Origin: Lama guanicoe
Taxonomy: Eukaryota
Length of the DNA: 64,000 nucleotides
NCBI GenBank assembly: GCA_013239625.1
Contig: MU054323.1
Coordinates: 6,375,220 to 6,439,219 of the forward strand
Direction of reading: 5' to 3'
The position numbers and the translations under genes are program-made. Shown piece by piece: positions 13,001-25,241 of the stretch; the stretch's first letter is position 1; every line of letters begins with the position of its first letter. Under the pieces are notes generated by a model, which ran no database searches, had not been told where the DNA came from, and saw nothing but the letters and a program-made list of their open reading frames with translations.

Positions 13001-13204
13001 ATGGCTAAGCACTGGACTGGACACTGGAGACACTAAGAATATCAAAAGGTTCCCCCCATCCTTAAGAAGCTCAGCCTCTAGGACCACCTTCCAACCAACA
13101 ATTCTTGATATGGTTCAACTGCTGTTTTATTATTTTTTTCTCCTATAATATAGGAGGGGAAATTTCAAGAGAAAACACTGACATGTTTTACAAAAAGCTA
13201 CAAG

Positions 13205-13210
13205 TTTATT
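13205..13210 (-). terminator. SF3B6 polyadenylation signal AATAAA
   Basis: tttatt on the + strand about 160 nt past the SF3B6 stop, followed on the minus strand by T/GT-rich sequence. Confidence 0.75.
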
Positions 13211-13366
13211 AACATAATATATCCTAACATATACCAAAGTTTCAAGCAAGTCATTTTGAATCTAAAGTAAGAAATCACAATATTCAGTATTAATTAAAAA
13301 CAAAAAAAGGGTGTTAGTGGTCATCTGTGGATTTTAGTCCAAAATAAAAATGTAGAAAGAAAACGT

Positions 13367-13456
13367 TTACTTTGGTGGATCTGTGTTGATGCCATATTTC
13401 TCCTTGAGAAGCTTCAACTGTTCTTCCTTCTTCTTTGTGTCCATCTTCTGAAATGC
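13367..13456 (-). CDS. SF3B6: SF3B6 (p14) exon 4 (AFQKMDTKKKEEQLKLLKEKYGINTDPPK*)
   Basis: ttttag|GCATTT...AAGTAA, 90 nt. Confidence 0.97.
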   Translation of the reverse strand, partial: AFQKMDTKKKEEQLKLLKEKYGINTDPPK

Positions 13457-13625
13457 CTAAAAATGTAGTAGGCACCAAAGATAACCAGTTACCAATCTAC
13501 AGTCAAATGCATTTCACCAATAGCACTAGCTAGGAAGGAACTCAGTGCTCCTCTCTCCTAATGGTACAGTTCTCCACAACTCTTACAGGGTCTCCCCACA
13601 CAATGAGAACCGTGGGTATACTTAC

Positions 13626-13764
13626 CCTGTTGGCATTATAGTACAAAACCACGAGGTATCTGTTACAAACATTGAATCCTGACAGGTGATCACACGCATT
13701 CTTGGCATCGAAGATGTCTTCATAGACTACGTAAGCTGTTCCTCTAGTTTCCGGTGTGTTCCCC
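13626..13764 (-). CDS. SF3B6: SF3B6 exon 3 ([46 protein letters not shown])
   Basis: ctgtag|GGGGAAC...AACAGG|gtaagt, 139 nt; contains the RRM RNP1-like motif RGTAYVVY. Confidence 0.97.
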
Positions 13765-14501
13765 CTACAGAGTTGAATTGGACTTAATTAAAATACACAT
13801 TTACCTGAAAAGCATCAGAAAAAATAGATATTATGGACAGGTATGCTAGATAAGCCTGTAATTTCTTGAATTAGGTAATTTTTGTTTTTAAGTCAAAAAC
13901 CTCAGGCTAAACTTATTGTTATATCAAGAATACTGACATACCTACTAAAGCAACAGCAGCAAATAACTAGCTTGAAACTCTCAGAGTCTTCATGCTCACT
14001 GTTTTAGTCTTTCCTACTTCTCACAGTCAATTTTCAGTCTTACACTGGAAAGTGCAGTACTTAGGAGTGATGGCTCTTATTAGTCAGCAATATCTAGGAT
14101 GGGGTTTTTCTTCCTGTGCATTCATGCAACAGAACAAATGCTCCAGTTATTTGCCACACTAGTCCCTTGTTTCTAAAGATTTTGATTTTCTCCCTCACTC
14201 TAATTTTAGTTCCAATTCTTAAAGACAAGACCATCCCCCTCAACGTAGGAAACTGATGTTTCTGGGTAATATTTTACTAAAGTTTATCAGATCCATAAAA
14301 ATAAAACTGATTTTGTGTCTGCAGAGGAAGGTAGGGTAGGAGAAAAGCCTCTACCAAGAAGACAGCAAAATTACAAGTGATACACAGGAAAATAGCCAAC
14401 CACCACCCTTTATGGCCAGGAAGGGATGTCCTCCAGTGCAAAGAGAGAGTTAATGTAGTTTCCTCCACTTAGAAGATTCTTTGCCTTTTTAAAACACAAT
14501 A

Positions 14502-15240
14502 CAGTCAACTCCCAACTTTCACACATTCATTTTTAGTATCTGCACTTTCATAAGTTACACAACCCTATGTAGCTAAGGGAAAGGGTTAGGTTTCTGTAGA
14601 GACTTGGGCTGAAGTGTGCTTGTAGATGGGGTTACCGGTGAGCCAGAGCAGAATGCTGGAAGGTGGCTAGAAGTGGCAGTTGGATCTCGCTCAGAGATAC
14701 GGGGCTGCTTCTTGCCATCTCCTGTCCTTACCTCACCAGCTCCCGTTAGGGGAGGTGTGAGGAGCAACAAACTGCAGGTGACAGATGGCCATGTGCCTGT
14801 GAGTAGGGACAGCAGGCAGAGGTCCCATTCAGCTTATGCTCCAATGAGCTACAGACGGACCCCTTGCTTCCATCTGTGATCCAGCTACCCAGTGCAACTG
14901 TGGAATGTGGTTTATTAACTGCCATAGTCCCTGCATAGGGTCAAGGAAAGGCAGGGGGCTCACTGGAAGGGGAGGCATCTGCCTAGATTTGACCTGGATA
15001 AGACTACAGTCTTGGGCCCTGGTCAGAGTTTGTGCTTCCTGTAAAAGGGGATGGGACAGGAATGCAGTGCTGGGGTGGCTGGAGGGTGCCAGTGTCACTG
15101 AAAGCTCTGTCAGGCTCCATGACTTGATGAAGGACTTTACAATATTCTTTACTCTCTGCAAATAGTCTAACAACTTTTGGACTTTTGACTTTTTAACTAT
15201 TTTCAAGCATGCTTAAGGTATGAAAATTGGGACTACCCAA
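14502..15240. mobile_element. Probable old Tigger-like element in SF3B6 intron 2
   Basis: TA-CAGTCAACTCCCAACTTTCACAC at the left and a degenerate inverted copy (gtatgaaaattgggactac) at the right, around a GC-richer core. Confidence 0.45.
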
Positions 15241-15868
15241 AGGAAAAAAACATTGTCACAAAGATTTTCCAAAAAAATTCTACCTAGTTTTTCCTTCAGA
15301 AGAAAAGCATAAAAAACTTAACATTTTAAGTTCCTAAAGGGCAAACAGGGTCTTATCTTGTATTTTATTCCCACAGTGCTATACATTCAGCAAGTGCTAA
15401 TAAGCATTTGAAGGGTGGAAATCTGCTTTCTCCTATCAATCATCTCACATACCTTTTCTTCAGGAAGCTAACAAAACAAAACAAAAGCATCTCCCTTCCT
15501 CTTACAACTTCTTAGGAAGTAGAACAGGGACAGATGCTAACCTCATTTTAAAGACTTTCCATCTCAAGTGCCTCAGCCCCTAATTATCAACCAGTATCAT
15601 GAGATCTACATTGTAATTTTAATTTCAAATAACATGTACTTGGTACCTACTGTGTGTTAGGCACTGAGTCAACATTATTTTCTTGACTGGTAGTAAAAGC
15701 TTTTAGTAACAAGAAAACTTAATCATGTAACAAAATTTCTAAGCTTCAGCTGTGTGTCGGCTGTATCACCTGCCCTACCTCACTCATGGTTTTAATAATT
15801 AAAATACGTAACAAGTATGACAGGGCTTTAAAAAGTTCAAAGCACTGAGTGTCTCCTACATGCCAGGT

Positions 15869-15978
15869 AAGGTAACCAATCATCTGGGTTTGCCCAAGAC
15901 TGTCCAGGTTTTGGCACTGAACAGCCGTGTCCCAGAAAACACCATAGCCCTGGGCAAACTGGGAAGGCTGCTCACCCT
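15869..15978. mobile_element. hAT-Blackjack MITE (MER94-like)
   Basis: Ends aaggtaacc...gctcaccct with inner inverted ggtttgccca/tgggcaaact. Confidence 0.7.
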
Positions 15979-18271
15979 AGTGCTGGGTGCCAAGTATGCC
16001 ACAGAGCATGACCGCAGCTACAGAACAGAAAAACATCTGTTTCTCAATCTATAACTTAAACACTCAGACCCAAGTTCCTGCACACCAAACTTTTATGAAT
16101 TTATTCAACAAATATATATAGTGCTCTTTGTATCTGACAGCGGAAATCCAATCGTGAAAAAGATGATCATCATCCTTCCCTTCAAGGAGCTTTATTCAAG
16201 CAGGAGAAAGACATTATATAAGTAAATACAAAATAACTATAGTTCATGAGAAATATAAAGGAAGTAGAGAGCTGGGCAGAGACTAACAGGAGGCCAGGGG
16301 GCTACTTTAGCTAGGACAGTCTAGGAAAACCTCTGGCACTGAAGCTCAAACCTGAAGAATGAGGAGCAAGATATTAGATGAGCTGGGTGAAAACCATCCC
16401 AGATGGAGGGACTAGAAGTACAAAGACCCTAAGCTACTCTGCACATTTCACCTTGGTTTTCTGAAACATTCTCTAACTCCACTGATACAAGCATCTCTTA
16501 ATTATGTACTACTAATACATTTTGTAATATTGTCATAAATTAATTGCAACCCACATCATCAATTTCTATATTATTCATTTACTTACATGCACCGGGTACT
16601 TAACATGTATCAGGCACAGCAAGAGCTGTCAACATAAAGTGAGAAGAATATATGGTATCTGTCCTAGAGGAGATCATAGGCTGGCAGGAGAGACAAGTAA
16701 GCACACAGACAAAACCATGTGTTAACTAGAAGAGATGCTATGGGAGCACAGAAAAGGGTGGCTAATATACACTGGGAAGGAAATACTTGATGACAAAGTG
16801 CTTTCACAGGCATCATCTAATTTGATCCTTACTGAAATTCTTTTAGAAAGATTCTATTTCATAGGTAACTGAAGCTCAGGAGGACTAAATATATTTTGCC
16901 CAGGTTCACATAACTAGCAAGTGCCCAGTTAGTAAATGAACCTAGGTCTTATCAAGCAACCTAGTAAATTTATCATGCTGCCCCCGTGTTAAAAGCTGAA
17001 AGGCACTGTCCATTCAGATTAATATTACATGTGAGGAGAAAGCAGGGCCACTTGTCTAGGGTCACATGGCTAGTAACAGGGCCTGAAGTAGAATCTTGTC
17101 TCCTGACCCCAAGTCAGGGGATCTTCTGTATACCATTCTTGGATGTCTACAACAGGCATTCTTAACCTAGAGTCCATGTATACACTGAAATCACATGCAA
17201 AAATGTGTTTTCTGTAGAAAGGGTCCAAAGCTTTTTATCAAATATGAAAAGAGACTTCCTAAAAACAGCTGGTCTGTAATACTTTATTTTCATCCCCGTT
17301 TGAGTACCAATGATGACATATTTCTAGCTCGTGGTTTACTTTTCCGAGGGATAGTAATCATTGAAAAGGAGAGTCCTCAAATCTCACAGAGTTCTTCTAA
17401 AAGCCAAGAAGGTGCTCTCTAGTCATAAAAGAAAATTTATTACGAAAAAGATATTCCAACTAAAAATCAAGATCTTAGACATCCTTCTAGATGGACTGTT
17501 AGGTAATTGGTTCATTTATACTAGTTAAAGTGACAGCGGCTGTGGAACTGTGTAGACATTTCAATTTAGCGTCAGAAGATTTTAATCACTAAATAGCTGC
17601 GTGAAGCTAGACAGGTACTTTTACTCTCTGGGCCTTTGTAGTCTCACCTGTGAAGCACACTATCACATCCACACAGGGCTGTAATGTTGGTGATGCAAAT
17701 AAAAGCACCTATGACAAGTGACATGTAGTAGGTATTCAATAAATATCATTTGAAGATATGAACTCTCAACTTTAGATTAAATTAAAAATTGAATTTGTGT
17801 AATTATTTTACTCTGTATTTTAAAATCTTCAACAAAAAGCTGTAGTTGAAGAAAATTATTTTTACTTTTATCTGGCTTTACACAGCTTATTTTGAAATTC
17901 TGGAGTCAATAAAGGAGACAGTAAAGACTACTGAGAAAATTAGAGTTAATGAATATGAAAACCACAGTACAGTACTTCTTTACAAATAGTAGGTATGTAT
18001 AAATGTTAGTTCTTTCTTTTCCCATTCATTCCTCTCAAACCATTCATTACTACTTCATGCTCTCTATAATTTCACAACTGCTATTCTTGGCTCTCACTGA
18101 GATGGATCATGAGGGTCTCCGTAGGTACTTTTCCTTTACAGAAAAACTGCATCTCCCCGATTTCAGTCTATTAGTTTCTGGGTTCTCAGGCCTGCTGTCA
18201 GCTATAATTCTGAGAGTACAGATTTACACATTTTCTTTAAATGACATTTCAAAAGTCTCAGTAAGACTCAC

Positions 18272-18390
18272 ACTCTGATTTGACGAATAGGTCCGTATTT
18301 CCCAAATATATCATACATTTCTTCAGCTGTGATTTTGTAGGGCAAATTTCTTATATATAAAATCCGATTTACTTCAGGTGGAAGTCGAAT
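18272..18390 (-). CDS. SF3B6: SF3B6 exon 2 ([40 protein letters not shown])
   Basis: ttttag|ATTCGA...AGAGT|gtgagt, 119 nt; contains RNP2 LYIRNL. Confidence 0.97.
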
Positions 18391-20799
18391 CTAAAATGAG
18401 AAATAATGTATTGTCATTACAATCAGTAGCAAGAATGCTACCATTAAAAAAATTCTCATAAAATAACAAATTCAAATTAAAAAATGACATTTAATTTTAA
18501 AAAGCCAAGAATAAGAATTACAATGTTATTACTGAAAATGGCATGCTCTCCAGAAAAGCAATTAGGCACTGGTTTTAGGTAAGACTGTTAGTTGGATCTA
18601 ATAAGGGACTATTACAAAACCCTGGCTTTCAGTCACTACAGTTAAACACGGATCTCCAACCTCATTTAAAAGTCCTCAATGCCACAGACATGTGTGGGAA
18701 AGAACAAGGGAACTGTTCCTGTTTGTTAGACAGTAAGACTCCCACTGATGACCCTTCTCTCGTTTTCTAAGGAACTTGTTATATCAATGATCTCATCTCT
18801 TTGTATTTACAGCCTTTCCCTCAGCATTAGCTTCTTTTATTCCTCAGGTGAGCAGTTGCTTATGTACTGCCAATTGTTACACAACTCAAAACAGTTATTT
18901 GGATCCCTCTTCATTCATTCAACGAACATACTGAGCACCTTTGTTATATATACACCAGGCGAGGTATAAGGATTACAGAGTGAAGGGAAAAAGACAAGGT
19001 TTTTTTGCCTTCCCTGAATTTATCAGCTCTCTACTTACTATCCTATTTTGTTCTTTTTTTTTCTCTTTTCTTTCAGTCAAGCATCTGAAAAAAGGAAGTT
19101 TATACTCACTGCCTCATGTCCTTTACTTCATGACACTCATCAACCTACCGCACTAGCTTCAACCCCAACACTCTGATGAAAACTGCTTTTATGCACTAAG
19201 ACCTTTCACTTGCAGTGTTCTATTCTCATCATACTTCTCTGTGGCTTCTGACACTGGTGACTATTACCTTCTTGAGTATTCTTGACAAGCTATTTCCTTG
19301 GCTTCCTCCTCTCTGGCTAGTTCTTCTCAGTCTTTGTCATTAAAATAGGCTCATCCGCAGAGTTTTACCTTTAGGCTTTTCCTGACTCTTTAACTCCTTA
19401 ACTCTGCATTCTCTTTAATGTCTTAACCACATACGTTTTCCACACTAAGTCGATGACTCTCAAATATGTATCTCCCGTCGGGATTTCACTCCTGTGCTCC
19501 TTATTAACATACTGAATTACATACTAGATATTAATTTGCTCAATATTTATTAAACTAGCAACTATTTCAGACATAAACCTAAGTGTTGTATAAATGGAAG
19601 AATAAGATACTTAATACCCTGTCCTCAAACTAGTAGTGGTGACAAACGGTCAACAAATAAGTACAATAAAGTTTTAGATTTTAAGATTTAAGGTTAAATT
19701 CAAATAGACGATAAACACTGTAAGACAATCACAATATAATTCTTCAGTAAATCTGCTTTCTCATTCTGTGAGACACTGTATCACATTTTCTCTTCTTTTG
19801 CCAAACCTGTCACCACTCCCTCTAACATCCGGGTTGGGCTTTATCCTCTATTCCCTACCCAGTCCAGGAGATAACCTTCACTCTTGCTTATTGGAGAAAA
19901 TAGACACAACCAATGTTAAGTACCTTATATTCCATATACATTCATCCATACCCACCCACTTTCTTTCTCATTACTCTATCAACCCCTCACCTACTCCAAA
20001 TGACTCCTGAACTTAACCCATCTTTCTCCTACATCATCAGTTTCTCCCCTCTACTGAATCATTCTCGTTGACATACAAATACATCTTATACATCTTAAGC
20101 AATAAAACACTTAACTACCTCCAATTTCTCTTCTCCCTATTTACACAAAAACTAGTGGAAAGAGCCGTCTCCATTTTCTCAACTTCTACCTTCTTTTCGT
20201 CCCACCGCAATCAAGTTTTCATCCACTGAAATGATTCTCATCAAAGTTAACAAAAGTATTCATCTTACCATATTCAATTATATCTTCACCTTAGTATACC
20301 TCTCAGCATCTTAGCGTTGACTACTCTTTCTCCAGAGACAATTTTTCTTAGGTTTCCATACATCCCAGTCTCTAAGTATTACAATGTAAGCAGTAGCGTT
20401 TTTTTTTTTTTTACTCATTGCTGTATCTCCAATATCTAGACTAGTATCTGGTACATAGTAGGCGTTCAATAAATATGATCGATTAACTGTATCCTATCTC
20501 TCAAGGCTGGTACATACTAGGTACTCAAAAATACCGCTGAATTGAAACATTTAAGGATCCAAAGATCTCCATGATCTGGGGAGATTTCCAGGCTCCGGTT
20601 GCCTGTTAACAACATTAAGTAAGCTATTTACTGTGGACTCATGTGTGCTACTGACGTTTAGGCCAAGCAGATCCTGACGCCAGGTCCTAGATGCAGGTGA
20701 AGCAACAAAGGCTGTAACACTATTACTGACACTAGGATAGCCGACTGAAGTCTCAAAAGGGGCAGGGGTGGAAGTGTGGCTCAAGGAGCATATCCCTAG

Positions 20800-21640
20800 A
20801 GACGGGGCCAGGATGAAATGCCCTTTGATAGGCCAGTAACGTCTGGGCTTCCCGCCTGGGGACAGAGGAGGGCCCAGAATGCTCTGATCACGCAGCGAAG
20901 CGCTCCCCCGCCTAGGCAGAAGTCCCCGACACTCACGTTAGCCCTCTTGGCCGCTTGCATCGCCATCTTGGCGGGCTTATGAGGTTATCGCAGCAAACAC
21001 TGGAGTTCTTCCGCACCCCTCCGGAGCTCGCTCAGCTTCGAGCGCAACACCACGTCAGATGCAGGACAGCGACATCCAGACCCCGCCGGAAGCTCTTCTA
21101 AGACGCCGGAAAATCACCGTCCCATGCCGAGACGTGCTGACGTAGTCTCCCCTTTCGAAAAGACTCCGGGGCAAAACGGGTTTAAGCCAGTTACGAGGCC
21201 GGAAGGTTGAAAGGCGAGGTTCAAAGACGCTTCCGGGCTCTGGACAGGAAGGGGCGGGTTCTGAGCTCAGGAAGGGGGAGGTGTTCCGGTCGTGGCGGCC
21301 CTGATCAGCTGAAGCTGGCCGGAAGAGGCGGGGCCTGAGGAGGCGTCCGAGCTGGGTCTGCAACCCGGTGAGTTGCGGGAGTTGGCGGGGCTAGAGCTGG
21401 GCCAGGGGCTGCAGGGCGCGCGTGGGTAAGTCTGGGCCTCTGAGGGTGAGCAAAGCCGAGCCTGCTGGCTTCTGGCTGGTTGTCATGGCAGACGCTGTAC
21501 CCGTAGCCCGACCCCCTGGTGCTGCGAGCGGGAAAGGCTGAGCATCCCCTGACCGGGCCTCTTCTGTAATCCTCGCGGCCGGCGGCGGGCTCCCACCCCA
21601 CCCCCGCCCCGGCAGCTCTAGTCCACGCGCCACACTGTAA
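20800..21640. promoter_or_regulatory. CpG-island promoter of SF3B6, probably bidirectional
   Basis: CpG-rich. ETS/GABP-like CCGGAA sites near 21086, 21106, 21199, 21230, 21284 and 21319; YY1 motif CGCCATCTT over the ATG (20961-20969); CRE half-sites near 21051 and 21138; GC box at 21251. Confidence 0.85.
20937..20966 (-). CDS. SF3B6: SF3B6 exon 1 coding part (MAMQAAKRAN)
   Basis: gccaagATGGCG...GCTAAC|gtgagt. Exons sum to 378 nt = 125 aa + stop. Confidence 0.96.
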
Positions 21641-21650
21641 GTCCACTCTC

Positions 21651-21656
21651 TTTATT
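21651..21656 (-). terminator. TP53I3 polyadenylation signal AATAAA
   Basis: About 170 nt after the stop, followed on the minus strand by ttaca and a GT-rich element (gtgtggcgcgtgg). Confidence 0.8.
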
Positions 21657-21828
21657 TCCATAGACCGGTTTTACACTGGTCATTTGAGAAAGCTGGGGGA
21701 GGACCAGGGGATTGATTAAAGGCGGGCCTGGAGTAGCACCGGGCTGCCTGACTGCCTACAGTGGAGTTTCTCCAAATTTGCTCCTGGAAGTCCTGAGGTA
21801 GTTGTGTCCTGTACTGCTCACTCCTGCT

Positions 21829-22011
21829 TCACTGGGGCATCTCCAGGACGATTTTGCCCACGTTCTTGTTAGTCTCCATGTACTCATGGGCCTCTTGAAT
21901 TTTATTCATGAGGTAGATTCTGTCCAGAACCGGCAGTAGACGCTGAGGGCCCTTCGTGGAGAAGTGGGGCAGAATTTGTTCTGTGAAAGCCTTCACCAGC
22001 ATTTGCTTGTA
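21829..22011 (-). CDS. TP53I3: TP53I3/PIG3 quinone oxidoreductase, coding exon 5 ([60 protein letters not shown])
   Basis: ttttag|TACAAG...CAGTGA, 183 nt; MDR-family C-terminal GKIVL motif. Confidence 0.96.
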   Translation of the reverse strand, partial: YKQMLVKAFTEQILPHFSTKGPQRLLPVLDRIYLMNKIQEAHEYMETNKNVGKIVLEMPQ

Positions 22012-22768
22012 CTAAAATAAGGAAAACGAGACCATCAGCCTGGACGGAGGTCTTACTTTACTACTTCCCATCCTGCTTAGCTTTTCTGCTCTCTCTGAAA
22101 CGTGTATATATCTGAAAAGACACACAGGGGTACATAGCCCCTTCATTACCAGCATGTACATGCATGCCCCCAAATGTGTAAACTCTGTTCTGTACCAGAT
22201 AAAGACTGAAGCCTGGAGTAAAATATTAGTGTCACTGACAGCTGAAGGACTGTTTTCAAATTAAGGCTTCAAGCAGGGGGCAGCCACAGACAGGACTCAC
22301 ATAGCTCAATTCAAAAAGGATACTTAAGCTCTGCTATCCCCTACCAGGTGTGAAATCCTGTACTGAGAAACCTTCCCAATGCTGGCTGGCACCTGCTAGA
22401 AAGCCACACAGAAAAGATTTCAGGAACATATAGTCTGCTAAAGATAGAGGCTTACTAACCTTACTTACCTAAGAGGCTTTCTTAGCACACGGGGAAGAGT
22501 TCTGTCTTTGAAACTTTTAGAACTATTAGAAGTATTTCCTAATATGGTCAATGCTTAATGTATTAAGTATTAGCTAACCTTTTTGCAAGATATTGAGGCC
22601 TTTATCAATTAGTTCTGTGAAATGAGGTTACCTGTTTATCCACAGCAGGGCAGGTTTCTACACAGGCTCTCTAATTCAAGATGTGACAACATTTTACTTT
22701 TTCAGGATTATGTGGAGTCACACTTTTCTGGATAATAATTAAATCACATATTTTCACTCATCGCTCAC

Positions 22769-22965
22769 CTTTTGGTCCCTTGATCTTAGCAGACTGGTGA
22801 TCAAACTTCCTCGTTTAAAAAGTAGCTTTGAAAACAGAGGCCCACTGATATCAGCTCCTCCCATCAGACCATAGAGAATCCAGCGACCGTCAAGAGCCAG
22901 GCAGTTGACATTTTTCTCCCAGTAGGATCCACCTATGCAGTCTAGAATAAGGTTGACTCCAGCAC
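22769..22965 (-). CDS. TP53I3: TP53I3 coding exon 4 ([19 protein letters not shown]...LLRSRDQK)
   Basis: tggaag|GTGCT...CAAAAG|gtgagc, 197 nt. Confidence 0.96.
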
Positions 22966-23840
22966 CTTCCACATGAAACAGATTTTGTGATGCTAGTCAG
23001 ACACAGAAACCTTGGTGCAAACTAAGAATTCCATCGTATTTTTGCGGATATATGCATATAAATAAATACAAGTGCAAGCAGTAAATCTGTAGGTGGAACT
23101 TGAAACATGGTTACAAATGGGGTTAGGTAGCTGAACTGTGTCATACATGTGTGATACATTTCATCTTTTGTGATCCTTGCCACAGCAAGAGGGAAATGGG
23201 GCAACACCATGATGTGATATTTCCCCTGACCTCCATGTAAGTAGAGAACTCACTGTCACTCAGGAGAACAGGGGAGATCCACCGCAGGCTACAGGGCAGG
23301 CTACTTCATATCTAAGTTATGAAGTATCTGCACTAGGTTGTCTAAACATGGCTTTCCTAGCTTTTTCATCTCTCCTTTTCAACTCGTGGAAAAAATGAGA
23401 AGGGATGAGCCAAAAATTGTTAACAGATTTGGCTTTGGAATACAGAGATATGCACGCCTACTCACCCATTTAGGGAACTACCTACCCAAGGCTCCTATGA
23501 CCAGCTCCAAACTAGTCTCTGCCTCACACCCCTTGTTAATTCACTGCAGAGTGGCTGGTTGGGAAGAGGTCCTCAATGATTCCAGGCCAACACTGTGATT
23601 GTCCACTTTCTAAAACATGTATGAATCGTATCACTTACAAGAATGCACAGGGAAGCCATCTTAGTCCTAAATACTGTTTGTCTATCTTCAGTGGTCAAAC
23701 ACCAGAGGACTGGAATTTGGCCTGGGCAGCTGTTGTGCTTTTAGCAGAGGGAAGACGGACCCAGAGGCAACTTTGCGGCTAGTGAGGGTTTTATTGAATC
23801 AACTCTGAAACTCCTATTGAACTGCATAAGCTTTGTTTAC

Positions 23841-24053
23841 CTTTGGTGAATTTCAGTGCTGCTTCAGAAAAATCCTCTTCTTTGTAATTGAATCCAGCAA
23901 CTGCTCCGAGCTTTTCTGCCATTTGAAGCTTGTGCTGGGAGCCAGCTGTGACCAGAGGAATAGCTCCTGCCATCCGGGCAAGTTGGATGGCAGCTGTGCC
24001 CACACCACTTAATCCTGCATGGATTAGCACAGAGTCTCCAGCCTGAACATTTC
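23841..24053 (-). CDS. TP53I3: TP53I3 coding exon 3 ([24 protein letters not shown]...LKFTK)
   Basis: tcatag|GAAAT...CAAAG|gtaaac, 213 nt; NADPH-binding AxxSGVG motif. Confidence 0.96.
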
Positions 24054-25241
24054 CTATGACAGAAAGTACAGGAAGCATTCGCTTGACTTTGCAACTGCTA
24101 CACATTCTCCACACAGGTTTGTTCTACTATGATCACCTGGCCCTCGGACCACCAAATGTCAAATCTCTTGCTGTCTTATGAGAACATACTGACAGTTCTT
24201 TTCATCTTATTGCCTCTGGTCCAAGTGGGAAACAACTTTTTGAAACAGAGTTATTAGCAGCCACATCCATAATCTGTTTTACCTTTGAAATAATATCAAA
24301 CATATCTCCAATCTATGCCTGAATGAGTAAGAATAACCATTGCTCCCACTGTTACCACATGAAGCCAGCCCCTCTTCACTCTGAAATGGGCCTCCAACTG
24401 ATCTCACAAATCCAGGCACAGCACAGGCTTGTCCTGAAATGGAGCTTCCATTATGTCACTTTCTCCTCAAAATGTAAAGTGGTTCTTGATTGGCTTTTGT
24501 GTCAAGTCCAGATAGCCTGCAAGATAGCCTGCCATTCAAGGCCACCACAATCTAGTCCCAGCCTTATCTTTCACAAATTATAACTGTCATCCTTCACTTC
24601 TTTGTGAAGCAGCTAATCTCATTTTGACACTCTTAGGCCACCTTGGCTTGCCTTCTGTCCATCTCTACCACCCTTCAAGGCCTTCTCTTCCAGAAAGTCT
24701 TCTCTGACTACCTTTGCCCACACCAACTTTTCCCATCTTGAGGTTCTGTTGCGTTAGAGACAGGGCCACCTTTCAGAACTCTGGTTGTCTATTCCCAGTT
24801 ACACTTGAGTTCCCTAAAGGCAGGGACCCTCACATGAACTCTTGGTTGGCCTCAGTGGGATTGAGGAGGAATTAAAGAGTTGATTAAGTGGCTCCTTCTA
24901 CTGCACTAGGGCACGCAGAGAGAAGCTCAGCATGACTTTGAGAATCTGAAACTACTGCTGGGCTTATAGTGTGAAGATGCTCACAGGCTTTTTATCTAGT
25001 GCTTTCCAGGTCTTCTTTCTGCCAATCATGATTTCCAGCCTCAACATCAAGCCATTGCTACATAGTATGAGGGCCTCATGCTACTGGAGTTACAATAGGG
25101 TGAGGTGCTGGGATTGGGTGTGGCTCAGTGGCCAGCTAAAGCTGCCCTGCAGGACTGCTGGGTTTTGAGGTGGCTGAGTCATAAAGAAATTGGACTATGC
25201 TGTATGGAGTGAGCATGGGGTGGGGGTGGGGGGGTCCTTAC

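Noticed and set aside
17340..17418. Possible poison exon in SF3B6 intron 2 (ttttcttttatgactag| ... AAA|gtaaac)
   Set aside because: The donor is weak and several competing AGs are present; it cannot be supported without expression or conservation data.
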